Both the position numbers and the translations under genes were made by a program. DNA of 63,566 bases, filler included, from Octopus bimaculoides (Eukaryota): assembly GCF_001194135.2 (NCBI RefSeq). It is 5 parts of 5 records of this genome, joined end to end, with 100 filler letters (N's around TTAATTAATTAA, not from the genome) between each part and the next. Parts side by side here need not be neighbours in the genome. Positions count along the whole stretch, not along the records: positions 1 to 24,153 come from NC_068995.1; 4 more parts are not named here. One strand, 5' to 3'. The notes beneath the pieces were generated by a model. That model saw only the letters and a program-made list of their open reading frames with translations, was not told where the DNA came from and made no database searches. This document shows, in pieces, positions 1-13,166 of the stretch; the stretch's first letter is position 1; each line of letters starts with the position of its first letter.

Positions 1-93
1 GCGTTATTAAAATTGCTTTTGAAAATATCGTTCACCAATTGTGCTTGTTTCTTTTTGATAATTACTTTTCTCGCTTTTTGACTGAATTTTAAT

Positions 94-125
<32 letters not shown>

Positions 126-668
126 CCTTCTTACATTTCTTCAATCATTTCATTCATTCATTCACTGACGTCTTTCAATAATATTTGTGTGTGAAAAAAT
201 GCTGATAATATATATATACAGGAGAGCGGAAAAGGAGTGGGTAATTCTGATGCTAGATCTCAGCTGAAAGTTGTGCACAAAAACGACAACATCAACACCA
301 CTAACAGCATAAACTCTATATCTCTTTAACTACGAAAGACTTTTGCAGCACTGAGAATTCGTTGATAACATGTGTTACTACAATTAAGTATTATGGGATG
401 AAGGATGACAAAGAATCCAAATTAACAGAGATAATTATGATGCTATTAAAAATAACAAATCACCATATGCACGTGTGTATGTATCGTATGTGTGCGCGCG
501 GTTATATTTGTGTGTGCGTGTGTATGTGTGTGTGGGCGTGTGTGTAGTTTTGTATGCCAGTTTACAAAGACTAACTAGTAAATTAAAATTTAGTTTCGCA
601 TACCCACGCGCATTCCATTACCACACGCATATACATTCATCTATGTCCGCATATATACATATGTACTC

Positions 669-699
<31 letters not shown>

Positions 700-710
700 C
701 ATACACACAT

Positions 711-758
<48 letters not shown>

Positions 759-1615
759 NNNNNNNNNNNNNNNNNNNNNNNNNNNNNNNNNNNNNNNNNN
801 NNNNNNNNNNNNNNNNNNNNNNNNNNNNNNNNNNNNNNNNNNNNNNNNNNNNNNNNNNNNNNNNNNNNNNNNNNNNNNNNNNNNNNNNNNNNNNNNNNNN
901 NNNNNNNNNNNNNNNNNNNNNNNNNNNNNNNNNNNNNNNNNNNNNNNNNNNNNNNNNNNNNNNNNNNNNNNNNNNNNNNNNNNNNNNNNNNNNNNNNNNN
1001 NNNNNNNNNNNNNNNNNNNNNNNNNNNNNNNNNNNNNNNNNNNNNNNNNNNNNNNNNNNNNNNNNNNNNNNNNNNNNNNNNNNNNNNNNNNNNNNNNNNN
1101 NNNNNNNNNNNNNNNNNNNNNNNNNNNNNNNNNNNNNNNNNNNNNNNNNNNNNNNNNNNNNNNNNNNNNNNNNNNNNNNNNNNNNNNNNNNNNNNNNNNN
1201 NNNNNNNNNNNNNNNNNNNNNNNNNNNNNNNNNNNNNNNNNNNNNNNNNNNNNNNNNNNNNNNNNNNNNNNNNNNNNNNNNNNNNNNNNNNNNNNNNNNN
1301 NNNNNNNNNNNNNNNNNNNNNNNNNNNNNNNNNNNNNNNNNNNNNNNNNNNNNNNNNNNNNNNNNNNNNNNNNNNNNNNNNNNNNNNNNNNNNNNNNNNN
1401 NNNNNNNNNNNNNNNNNNNNNNNNNNNNNNNNNNNNNNNNNNNNNNNNNNNNNNNNNNNNNNNNNNNNNNNNNNNNNNNNNNNNNNNNNNNNNNNNNNNN
1501 NNNNNNNNNNNNNNNNNNNNNNNNNNNNNNNNNNNNNNNNNNNNNNNNNNNNNNNNNNNNNNNNNNNNNNNNNNNNNNNNNNNNNNNNNNNNNNNNNNNN
1601 NNNNNNNNNNNNNNN

Positions 1616-1681
<66 letters not shown>

Positions 1682-1821
1682 TAGACGATGTTTTGTACCC
1701 CAGTAATCTCCCCCTTGTCTATCTCTCCTTCACTCTTTCTATCTTTTCAATTCTCTCTCCCAACTCCATCTCCCTCCCTCTTTCTGCTTTTTTTCAGCAT
1801 TTTTTCTATCTTGTATCTTGC

Positions 1822-1948
1822 CTCAGTAAATTCTTGGTACATGTTTGCATCCAAATTGGTTTGTATTTTGATAGGAAGTATATCATTTTTGTCAACATTC
1901 TTGAGAATTTTGGGAAGTTTTTCTTCATTTGTAACAGAAACTGGCATC
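1822..1948 (-). CDS. Candidate internal coding exon (phase 2 to 0), product unknown: MPVSVTNEEKLPKILKNVDKNDILPIKIQTNLDANMYQEFTE
   Basis: Acceptor ...cgattaactgcag|G, a 42-codon open non-repetitive frame, and a putative GC donor GAG|GCAAGA. No family recognised. Confidence 0.4.
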
Positions 1949-2241
1949 CTGCAGTTAATCGAACGTTAATTAGGGAAATTAAGTAATGAGCTAATCCGTA
2001 TAATTGCTTCCTTCCTCTAGTAATTCGACAGATATGTGGATAGATCATCGTAGGAATGTATGCATCTATGTACATCCTTTTCTACATATGTTTGGATGCA
2101 TGTATATTTGTATTTCTAGGTACATGTGGATATATACGACTGTATTTATATGTACAAGAATGTGCTGAATGCACAGGAAGATAAATGTCTTCGATTGACA
2201 CTGTCATCACCTTTGATGGGCTGCCAAAGGAAAGCAAATTT

Positions 2242-2425
2242 TACAGGATGAGCTCAAATGTGCCTGCCTTTGGGTAAAGTAATACACAGGGGGATCAGTT
2301 AAATATGATTTCATTCAGCATATTCACCTTTCAGATTTACACACTTATTGTAGTGGTCCTTCAGTTTTTCTAAGTCCAGTAACAAATTTCTGAATGTTGG
2401 GCCTCCAATCAGGCAACCACAGGGG
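2242..2425. mobile_element. Degenerate copy of the mariner-type MITE at 2496-2717
   Basis: Aligns by eye with 2496-2690 (tttgggtaaa...attcagcatattcacctttcagatttacacacttattgtagtggtccttcag). Confidence 0.55.
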
Positions 2426-2445
2426 CGTACGCTCTCACGCAAGTA

Positions 2446-2491
<46 letters not shown>

Positions 2492-2495
2492 CATA

Positions 2496-2717
2496 TACGA
2501 GGGTATGTTGAAAGGTTCGTAGATTTGGGTAAAAGAAACTACAAGAGGGTCATTTAATTATTATTTTATTCAACATATTACCTTCTCAAATTTATACACT
2601 CATTGTAGCGGCCCTTCAATTTTACACAAGATCTGTAAAACAACTCGGAAGTTTGAGGGTCCTGCCAAGCCTTTTTTGATACTCTTATATCCAGAAGATT
2701 TTCAGTACCCCCTCGTA
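2496..2717. mobile_element. Tc1/mariner-type MITE (about 220 bp)
   Basis: Termini TACGAGGGTATGTTGAAA ... TTTTCAGTACCCCCTCGTA are imperfect inverted repeats with TA ends. No coding capacity. Confidence 0.8.
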
Positions 2718-2788
2718 TATGTCTATGTGTGTAAATGCATTTGTATGTACACACGCCGTTTGTATGTATATATGCGTAATGTAAAACA

Positions 2789-3105
2789 GCTCAGCTCAGT
2801 GATTACGGTATTCGGCTAACAGTGGTAAGTTCGTGAGTTCGATATCCGGGCGCACATTGTTACCTTGAGCAACACTATTTTATTTCAAGCTGCTACAGCC
2901 CACTAGCCTAGCAAGAATGAGTTGCACCTGTAATTCAAAGGGCCGGCCTTGTTACATTCTGTGTCATTGAATCTCCCTGAGACCCACGTTAGGGGTGCAC
3001 GTGCCTTTGGAGTTCTAAGCCACTTGCAGGTTAATATCACGAGTAAGTTGTTCTGTTAGTCGGATCAACTGGAACCCACGGCGTCGTAACAGACGAAATG
3101 CCAGT
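2789..3105 (+). mobile_element. tRNA-headed SINE; head/core shared with the 43185 family, tail shared with the 60458 family
   Basis: A box GCTCAGTGATTA, B box GAGTTCGATATCC, core ccttgagcaacactattttatttc; tail cctgtaattcaaagggcc...ggatcaactggaaccc. Confidence 0.7.
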
Positions 3106-4691
3106 TAGATATGCGAGTCTCCGACATTTATGACAGACCTGAATAAATTCTACAAAAAATAAACTAATAACAAACAGAATTTCGCAAACAGCTGTAAAAG
3201 ATATTAGAAGCTGAACTTTAATAAAATATTGCACATCTTTACTCTCCATTTAAAGATTACTTGTACATTTTAGCTTTTTTTCAGCTTGTCACTTAACAAT
3301 TTCTTAATTTATCCTTCTGCACCAATAATTATTGTCGAAAATGTGACAAAAATAGCAGTAATTTTGACTTAGTTAATTAAGAATATTTTCCTTATGACTA
3401 ATCTTGGAGATATCTTAACATCTGCTAGGCAACTGACCTGACCTCTGTATCTGTCCATAACATCTCTTTTATACAACATACATACGGACATACATACGTA
3501 CATACATTCATGCATATATGCATACATATATAATTACGTACATATATACGTATACTTATATATGCCTAAATATATGATCCCTCCTCTCTCTCTTCCTGTA
3601 TGCACACACACACACATATATAGATTTACACCAAATAATCACATGCATATCGTCCTCGTACTGTAAAGTGTTCCGCGTCCATGCCGAAGCCTTGAGGTAT
3701 TCTATAGTATTACAATGTTGGTATCGCATAGGACATCATTAGGAAATGAAAACTTTTTAAAAAGTTAATCAAATACTATGATAATTGTAATGCTATTGTG
3801 TATTTAGAATGTGCCAGTATATGCTGCCGGATATTTGGTGGTGGAGGACATTTTTAATCTTCATATCTCTATAGATTATTATTAGAATTTCTCATTTGTT
3901 GATGCATAATTCTGCGGCCGTATCTCGATGCGGAGCAATGACGTCATGTGGCTGTTCTCTGAAAATATGCAGCACAGACACTGTTTGTCAGTTACGTCAG
4001 GGACCTACAGACTTTGGCTGAGAAGTGGTACCAATGGGTCCCTCCTGCAGAAGATATTCAGAGAGCTTTCCTCCTCCTTTTTCTCATACTTTCATTATAT
4101 CAAAAAATTCTTCATTTGACGCTTTCACTTTCTAAGCTAGAAGAAGACATAATATCTTAAGAGATATTCTAAAAATCAATCAATAAAATACTCCAGGCAT
4201 ATGACTAGAGATTTTTACAGTTAGGAAAAACACTGCAGAGGGCCAATCCCACTCTTCAAGAATCGCAAGCATTTTCACGCAAACATAAATTACTTTATAT
4301 CGTTGGATTATATGGAAAACGCAGACGTTGCGTCAGTTACCCCCATTTCAAGAGTAATGAACAAAGTGTATGTATGTACGTATGTATCTATATCCTTAAA
4401 TATATATGCATATATACATTGTTATATACGTCAATATCTCTGGGTATAAATATGCATATTTCGGGGTGCAGGATATGCTTGTGTGTGCGATGCTGGGGTT
4501 CAGTAATACCCATCTAAACATACCGTATTCTCTTTTGTAGTTATCATCAAGTAAATATTGTCATTGTGCAGATATGCAAAGCATTTACATATTTACGAGT
4601 ACATTACTCTCTCTATTCCGCTCGCACACACGCGTAGATTCACACCAGGGTATATATATAGATGGAAATTTACGTGGGTGTATGAGTGTCC

Positions 4692-4742
<51 letters not shown>

Positions 4743-5061
4743 GCACACGCACACACATACATACAAAAACGTACATATATATATATATTATGTATATATA
4801 TATATATATAGAGGGAGAGTGGGGCATATATGCATATTAATATTACACACAAAGGGACATCATGCATAAAAGGCAATATACCACTATGTATACATGTATG
4901 TGTGTGTGTTTGTGTGTATGAGTGTATATCTGTGCAGGTGTGCGTGTGTATGTATATAATCAGTAGATGCCTGTGTGTGTTTATATACAGTAGATATGTA
5001 ATATATATATAGATAGATATTAGATATCTACTTTATATATATATATAGAGAGAGAGGGGGG

Positions 5062-5113
<52 letters not shown>

Positions 5114-5122
5114 TATCTACTG

Positions 5123-5153
<31 letters not shown>

Positions 5154-5540
5154 ATATATATGAATGCACTCACGCCAATATACACATACACGTATGTGTC
5201 TGCTGCGTGGGAAGATCACTAATACCTGTAGCACATTTTATTGGTTGTCCATACCATAAACCATTAGAACCGTTTTGTGTACCTCAATCTCTTTGATATT
5301 GTCTGTCATACGTCTCTATCTACAAACACTTAGTGTTGTGTCATATTCGATTTTACTAACCTTCATTATAAACAATTCGTGTACTTCCACAAAATACTCT
5401 GTAGATGGAAGTGCTATGGTCGCAATAAACGTATGTGTTTAAGTCTATATGCTTGTAGGTGTATGTGCATGCATGTATGTATCAGGCTATAACTATATCT
5501 GTCCTTCCCTGTCTTTGTCTATCTCTCTCTCACACTGTCG

Positions 5541-5574
<34 letters not shown>

Positions 5575-6024
5575 TTGTGCATGTGTGTGTATGTAACACT
5601 GTATATATCTCAAAATACAACATAAACATATCTATGAAGCAGAAGTCACCTGTACAATTCATGGCAAAGAATTAGTTATAATATTAAAGAAATATCAATA
5701 CTTCATAGTTTAGTAGTAAAGATCGATTGTAAACAATTTCAAAAACATAAAAAGCAAATAGTAATAAAATAATAATAAAGTGATGAACTATATTGAAAAT
5801 ATAAATGGATGTCGAATAAAAACTGATTTTACTCCACTACGTACGATATATCTCCAAGACTATGTCTTTGTAACAGCAATATCTGATATAGGTTTTAAGG
5901 ATACTTCAAGTGTCTGAACTATACTAGGTTTTTAAAGTAGATTTTTGTTCTTTATACGCTTTAACTCCTTGTTAGACAAGTTTGTTCAACTCAAAATACA
6001 GCCTTGAAACCCAGCTAACAGACA

Positions 6025-6130
6025 GTAGATCAAGGTAGTCCAAGAACAAGATGTCTGGATAATATCTATAGTTTGAATTAGACCACGCTTGAGAATACAG
6101 CCAGGAAATCTAATGACGGCTGCTTCTACG
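6025..6130 (+). mobile_element. Possible decayed RTE-type LINE ORF2 C-terminus
   Basis: Frame reads QTVDQGSPRTRCLDNIYSLN*TTLENTARKSND, resembling the GRPRTRWLD motif at the RTE C-terminus. Confidence 0.3.
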
Positions 6131-7089
6131 AGCCTAAGAAGGAAGTGTTTGAGGACTATACACCCACTCCAGCTCTGTGCAGGAATAATGAGCGAAAGAA
6201 ATGCATGTATGTGCAATATGAAGGTCAGCCAGCTTCTGTTTCAGCCCAAGCCTGTAAAAGGAATCTGGTAAAATTCTCTATCTTAAAATAATAGGAATTA
6301 GTGAGTTTTCGAGCAAAATGTACTGTTAATATGGTATTACTGATGAAGTCAAGGAATGAGAGGAGACAGTATAAGTAATTATATCAAATATCTAGTGAGC
6401 GATATCTTCGAAGTAATCTATGGGAGATAGGTATATGATATATTTAAGAAGGATAGATTACATGATAATTATAAGTTGAAATAGATAAGCTAATCCAATA
6501 TTTATAACTTAATTTATGCCTATCTTCATATACATTAGCATGTATATGCAAGAATGAATATGTCAGTACGTATCTGAGTTCATGTTTATGTGAATACGTG
6601 TTCCACTGCTTACAACGGTTTTTGAAATTACTCACTCTTTCCCTTCACACATTCAATCCGGGTATATCTGGAATATAATTTACTTAAATTCTGTAGGTTT
6701 ACAAAAAGTAGCCATACACTTTAAGACTTACAGCAATTTTTATAAAATTAATTTCTCGAAAAAATAAAATTTAATTATATACAACGTTGCTAAATACAAA
6801 AAAAAAACAAAAAAAAACAAAAAAAAAACGTCCGTGGTGTAGGCTTCTGTTTTTCAATACGGAATGTGACACATAGGCCTATTGCATGTTTGGTAGGGAC
6901 AACGTTTGCGTTGGGACGCCTGGTGTCTTTGAGGTTCTTTGTCAGGTACAAAATTGTAGATCATACGTTCATTTTACGCATAGTGTTATTGAAGAAACAA
7001 ATAATACAGTTATTACATTTGTTTGCCTTTTCAATTTAACTAAACTCAATGTATTTTGCAACGAATATTTACATATAAGATATACCATA

Positions 7090-7136
<47 letters not shown>

Positions 7137-8147
7137 NNNNNNNNNNNNNNNNNNNNNNNNNNNNNNNNNNNNNNNNNNNNNNNNNNNNNNNNNNNNNNNN
7201 NNNNNNNNNNNNNNNNNNNNNNNNNNNNNNNNNNNNNNNNNNNNNNNNNNNNNNNNNNNNNNNNNNNNNNNNNNNNNNNNNNNNNNNNNNNNNNNNNNNN
7301 NNNNNNNNNNNNNNNNNNNNNNNNNNNNNNNNNNNNNNNNNNNNNNNNNNNNNNNNNNNNNNNNNNNNNNNNNNNNNNNNNNNNNNNNNNNNNNNNNNNN
7401 NNNNNNNNNNNNNNNNNNNNNNNNNNNNNNNNNNNNNNNNNNNNNNNAATTTTGTATATACACAGATACACACTGCACTTGCCAGCATACATTTATACAC
7501 ATTATTACTGGTTTTAGCCATTGGTTTTGGCATTGGTAAAGAACTGCTCCCACACACACACAGACAGAGGCGCACACACACACACACACAGGAACACACA
7601 CAAGAGCGCACACACACACACAGGAACACACACAAGAGCACACACACACACACACACACACTCTCTCTCTCTCTCTCTCTCTCTCGCTCTCTCACATACG
7701 CACATATATACATACAAGTATGCGTATTGAACAGTAACGGAAATAACAGAAAGCAATCATATGGCGATCCTTCACGCAGAGAGAATACAAAGAAAATACA
7801 TTAAACATAATTGACAACAAGAATTGCAAAGAAACGTTAATCAAATTCTCTCTCTTCACTTGTGGAGTTCGTAATTGTTCATTGAATTTTTCGAATTTTT
7901 ATTTCAATAATTGTGTAAACATAAATGCTTTAAACCTGAATATACAAGGAATTCTAGAGCCAAGAATTTCGAATTGTATGAAGAAAAACCATTTTAGGAA
8001 TTATTTTCTTGCTGTGCAACGCCATTATATCAATTTAAAGTGTTTTGGCATCGTTTCACAAAAGATTTCCGTAAACATTGACAAATATGTTGCAATATAC
8101 ATTTTTCGCTTTAGTAAAACTGGGCAATAGATTTGATTGGGGTGCTG

Positions 8148-8179
<32 letters not shown>

Positions 8180-8225
8180 GTAATAGTAATAGTACTAATA
8201 ATAATAGTAATAATAATAATAATAA

Positions 8226-8332
8226 TTTATCGGCCCCGGAACGAATTGACCTCGGCTACTCAGAACGTAGCGGCAACGAAACACCGCTAAGCATTTCCTC
8301 GGCATGCTAGCGTTTCTGCCTGGTCACCGCTT
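8226..8332 (-). mobile_element. SINE family A (aaggcggcgagctggcagaatcgttagc head), partial
   Basis: Reverse complement matches the head and B-box region of the copies at 9302, 29199 and 38485. Confidence 0.7.
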
Positions 8333-8343
8333 TCATCATCATC

Positions 8344-8402
<59 letters not shown>

Positions 8403-8700
8403 GTGTCTCATTTAAGTAGCTCTAGGGGGACTAACAACCAAGTTCGAGAAATATGTCAAAGAAATCGGAATTTGCATGAGTAGATTAAGCCCAAATGACT
8501 GCACTGTTGAGAACAGCCAGGGTTTTGAGACTGAATCTTGGATGTTGAATGCCTCCAACGATAATTAATAACGAAGTATCAAAGCTTTTAACGTGCAGAA
8601 AGAGATCCTGGCAGACCGCTGATGGCAGGATGCTGTCAGATCTCAAAGAATCCACCAGAATAAACAAGACCGAATGTTCTCAGAAGTAAAACGAAATAAT
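8403..8700 (+). mobile_element. 5'-truncated Dong/R4-clade LINE 3' end within (TAA)n
   Basis: VALGGLTTKFEKYVKEIGICM (from 8416), then a frameshift to MTALLRTARVLRLNLGC* (8495-8548). This matches the R4/Dong restriction-like endonuclease C-terminus (GALG...QKTALLGTARILRKVL). TAA repeats lie on both sides. Confidence 0.7.
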
Positions 8701-9301
8701 AATAAAAAGAAGAACAACTACAAAGACAACACAAACAACACTATTGAAAACTAAACACCAGACAATAATAGTAATAAAGATAGCAACTGTCATAACTACA
8801 TGTATTTTGTAATATTGTTATTATCATTGAGTGAGGTACGAACACACGAAACCCAACATACCTATCATGACTACCCGTCTGATTAGGGTACATTATGATC
8901 TGATATCAAGAGAAGAAAACGTATGATCTTGCAGGCGGGGACCAGATAAAATTTCCTGAAGCCCATTTCGCTTAAAAGGGACCTGAATAAAGTTCGTTTA
9001 CGGACGATGAACCAAACGCCCGTATTTCCAGAGGTGAGTTAATCAAACCCCAAAGTATTCTTTTCAACATAGGGCTATGATGTTCCCTAAATGCTTCTGC
9101 ACGTGATCAGGGATGTACGTGACGTCAGCCACTAGGTCAATTAGTTAAGGTGAAGCTACTGAAAAGCAAATATGTGGTATTGAGCAGAATACTTGCTGTA
9201 ACCTATCTTTTACACCACGACAAAATATGTACGTGATAAACCTTCGAATCAGTTAAGATCAAAAGCCATGAAAGCCAACGCCTGGAAATGCGTATTATAA
9301 T

Positions 9302-9485
9302 TAAGGCGGCGAGCTGGCAGAATCGTTAGCGCATCGGGATAAATGCTTAGCAGCATTTCATCCATCTGCAACATCTGAGTTCAAATTCCTTTCAGAATCA
9401 ATGGAATAAGTACCAGCTGGGGTCGATATAATTGACTCGTCCTTTACCTCAAAATTGCTGCACTTGTGGAAACATTTGAAACAAT
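9302..9485 (+). mobile_element. SINE family A
   Basis: taaggcggcgagctggcagaatcgttagc head, ctgagttcaaattcc B box, aataagtaccagctggggtcgat core. Confidence 0.75.
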
Positions 9486-10342
9486 TATAATAATAATAAT
9501 AATCATTATTATTGTTTTTGTTGTTGTGGGTGTTTTTGTTATAGTCGTTGTCGACGTCGTCGTCGTTGTTGTTGTTACTGTAATTGTTGTTCTTAATTAT
9601 AAGGCAGCGAGCGAGCAAAACAGGTAAAGTGACATAGAAAAAGCGTCATTTAAGAAATGGAGAAGCTACGTTACAAAGATATAAAAGACGCGTGGAAAGA
9701 CATACGTTATAATGTAACACGGAGCTGAAAGCAGAAGTAGAATTGATGAAAGTAACATGGTGGGGATTGGCCAATGACGATTCGAAGACGGGAAGATCGA
9801 TACACAAGAAAGGCAACTAGAAAGTAAAACCAGAATTCAATAACATTAATGGTACTATATACCTATATAGAGTGAGCCCATGTTGCTATGCAATTCAATG
9901 TAATGCACTGTTCCCTCAGACAATATGTGCCTAAAGAATATATAAACGTTTGTTTTTTTGTTTTGGTGTCGTATTTGCTTGAATTACAATATCTATTAGT
10001 GACACAGATCAAGGTCATAATACACAACGTTCAGTAAAATAGACTTATTATTATAAATGGAATAAAGTGGACAAAGTTATGCTATTTTCATGGGCAGACG
10101 GGAGAGAAATCAATATAAATGTTGAAACTACATCGTGACAAAGATATTACCCATACGAAGTACATACACATACGGTTATACACAAAACATATACACATAT
10201 GCATACGTACATATATGTGTATTATACGTGTGTTGAGGTTTAAGCAGAAATAAAGAAACGTCAGCAGATTGTTGGATTGGTACGCACATCTGTATATATT
10301 ATAGAAGTGTGAAAAAATGTACCCACGCACACACGTGTGTGC

Positions 10343-10374
<32 letters not shown>

Positions 10375-10396
10375 GTGTGTGCGTATGTGTATACAT

Positions 10397-10454
<58 letters not shown>

Positions 10455-11524
10455 GTGTGTTTATATATGTATATAAAGATTTGTGTAATTCGATTCAAGA
10501 ATCAACACAATTCAAAGGTATAAAAATCAAATCAGGAACAAAATCAATAAGACAACGCAGATCAGATATCATAATATACATATGCGTGTGTGTGGTAGTG
10601 TGTGGGTGTATGTGTGTGTATATATTTATATATATATATATATATATATANNNNNNNNNNNNNNNNNNNNNNNNNNNNNNNNNNNNNNNNNNNNNNNNNN
10701 NNNNNNNNNNNNNNNNNNNNNNNNNNNNNNNNNNNNNNNNNNNNNNNNNNNNNNNNNNNNNNNNNNNNNNNNNNNNNNNNNNNNNNNNNNNNNNNNNNNN
10801 NNNNNNNNNNNNNNNNNNNNNNNNNNNNNNNNNNNNNNNNNNNNNNNNNNNNNNNNNNNNNNNNNNNNNNNNNNNNNNNNNNNNNNNNNNNNNNNNNNNN
10901 NNNNNNNNNNNNNNNNNNNNNNNNNNNNNNNNNNNNNNNNNNNNNNNNNNNNNNNNNNNNNNNNNNNNNNNNNNNNNNNNNNNNNNNNNNNNNNNNNNNN
11001 NNNNNNNNNNNNNNNNNNNNNNNNNNNNNNNNNNNNNNNNNNNNNNNNNNNNNNNNNNNNNNNNNNNNNNNNNNNNNNNNNNNNNNNNNNNNNNNNNNNN
11101 NNNNNNNNNNNNNNNNNNNNNNNNNNNNNNNNNNNNNNNNNNNNNNNNNNNNNNNNNNNNNNNNNNNNNNNNNNNNNNNNNNNNNNNNNNNNNNNNNNNN
11201 NNNNNNNNNNNNNNNNNNNNNNNNNNNNNNNNNNNNNNNNNNNNNNNNNNNNNNNNNNNNNNNNNNNNNNNNNNNNNNNNNNNNNNNNNNNNNNNNNNNN
11301 NNNNNNNNNNNNNNNNNNNNNNNNNNNNNNNNNNNNNNNNNNNNNNNNNNNNNNNNNNNNNNNNNNNNNNNNNNNNNNNNNNNNNNNNNNNNNNNNNNNN
11401 NNNNNNNNNNNNNNNNNNNNNNNNNNNNNNNNNNNNNNNNNNNNNNNNNNNNNNNNNNNNNNNNNNNNNNNNNNNNNNNNNNNNNNNNNNNNNNNNNNNN
11501 NNNNNNNNNNNNNNNNNNNNNNNN

Positions 11525-11573
<49 letters not shown>

Positions 11574-12041
11574 CCATCTCCATTTGTCGCTCTGCTCCTG
11601 GGCTAATATCGTGTAGGTTCTCGAAGCGTGCAGTACGTATGTGTATATTTCTTTGTATGCATGTGTGTGTGAGTGTGTGTCTCTGTGTGTGTTTCCGCAC
11701 GTGTGCGCATGTGCGTATTCTCCGCTCCAGTACTTTTCACCCTGTGCGCATAAGAAACCATAGTTAAAGGTATTTGAACTTTTGTGTTAATACTATTTCC
11801 TCTTGGTATTTGCTTGTAATTGTTTCTGTCTATTCCGCGATCTGTGCACAATGTACTTTGTTACGTACTTGCAACGATCTTGCTGTGGATTATGTTCATT
11901 TTATATTCATTTATCTCGACCTTCAACGAATAACTACACCTTCAGCTTTGCCATACGTCTTGCAACCAAGACTAACCAGATCTCACTCTCTCTCTTTTTC
12001 TCTCACTCTATCTATCTATCTATCTATCTATATATATATTC

Positions 12042-12229
12042 TAAAAATAACGTCGACCACTAACGTGGACAATTAATGCGCTAGAAATAGATCACATCTT
12101 TTGTCTATTAAGACCTAAAAAGTTCTCAACATGAAATATAGCTGAGAACTTTTTAGGTCTTAATAGACACAAAATGTGATCTATTTCTAGCGCATTAATT
12201 GTCCACGTTAGTGGTCGACGTTATTTTTA
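12042..12229. repeat. Fold-back: 87-bp inverted arms (12042-12128 / 12143-12229), 14-nt loop, 2 mismatches
   Basis: Direct base-by-base comparison of the two arms. Confidence 0.95.
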
Positions 12230-12851
12230 AAATGTACCTGAGATTGCAGATAATATTTCTGAATCTCTTTGATTCTTTAAATGTGCTGGCCCCCTGATAA
12301 TTAATCGATATTAATTAATATATTAATATATGACTAATTACCAGATCTTATAATAATATCTATCTATCTATCTATCTATCTATATATATATATATATATA
12401 TATACATGCATGCATACATAAATGCATACGCATACATAAATGTGGACAGAGGTACATATGTCGTTGAAAGCCGCAAATGTACAAAATTCTGTTCTATTTC
12501 AGTTATACATGGTGAGATGAGACTTTAGATGCTGAAATTAGAATATGGTAATATACATGCGATTAGGATTCTCGGTGTTAGTAGCGTCTCAAAGGGATTC
12601 GTTCATAGAAAGAAGTGGGGACTCTTTGGGGAATTTACTCTGTGTGTACCAGCAGATATTTAGTCTCTAAATATAGAAAAAAACCCCACATAGACACGCA
12701 TGCACACACGCACGTACAGAAGCACAGGCACTCACTCATTCGCTCACTTATTGATTGACTGACTCACTCACCGACTCATTCAATCGCATGCTAAAGTACT
12801 TATAGATATCTACGTGTGTATATATGTATATATATATACAAAAACACGCAC

Positions 12852-12894
<43 letters not shown>

Positions 12895-12904
12895 TCTTTT
12901 TATA

Positions 12905-13166
12905 GGCGCAGGAGTGGCTATGTGGTAAGTAGTTTGCTTACCCACCACGTGTGTGTCTATGTATGAGTTTCTGTGTTTCTCCCCTAATATCACTTTACAA
13001 CAAATGCTGGTGTGTTTAGCTCCCCGTAACTTAACGGTTCGGCAAAGAGACTGATATAATAAGTACTAGGCTTACAAAGAATAAATCCTGGGGTCAATGT
13101 GTTCGACTAAAGTCGGTGCTCCAGCACGGCCGCAGTCAAATGAGTGAAGCAAGTAAAACAATAAAA
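12905..13166 (+). mobile_element. SINE family B (ggcgcaggagtggctgtgtggtaag head) with internal deletion
   Basis: Head plus tail gctggtgtgttt...gcggttcggcaaagagac...cagcacggccgcagtcaaatga...gtaaaa, matching 59582 and 61829. Confidence 0.8.

Noticed and set aside
3790-4130. Minus-strand frame interrupted mainly by TGA codons (selenoprotein idea)
   Set aside because: No Sec/Cys-type motif context, no recognisable SECIS, and TAG/TAA stops follow shortly. This is compatible with chance.
9100-9139. Cluster of CACGTG, TGACGTCA and AGGTCA motifs
   Set aside because: Short motifs are expected by chance, the surrounding DNA looks repeat-derived, and there is no independent support.
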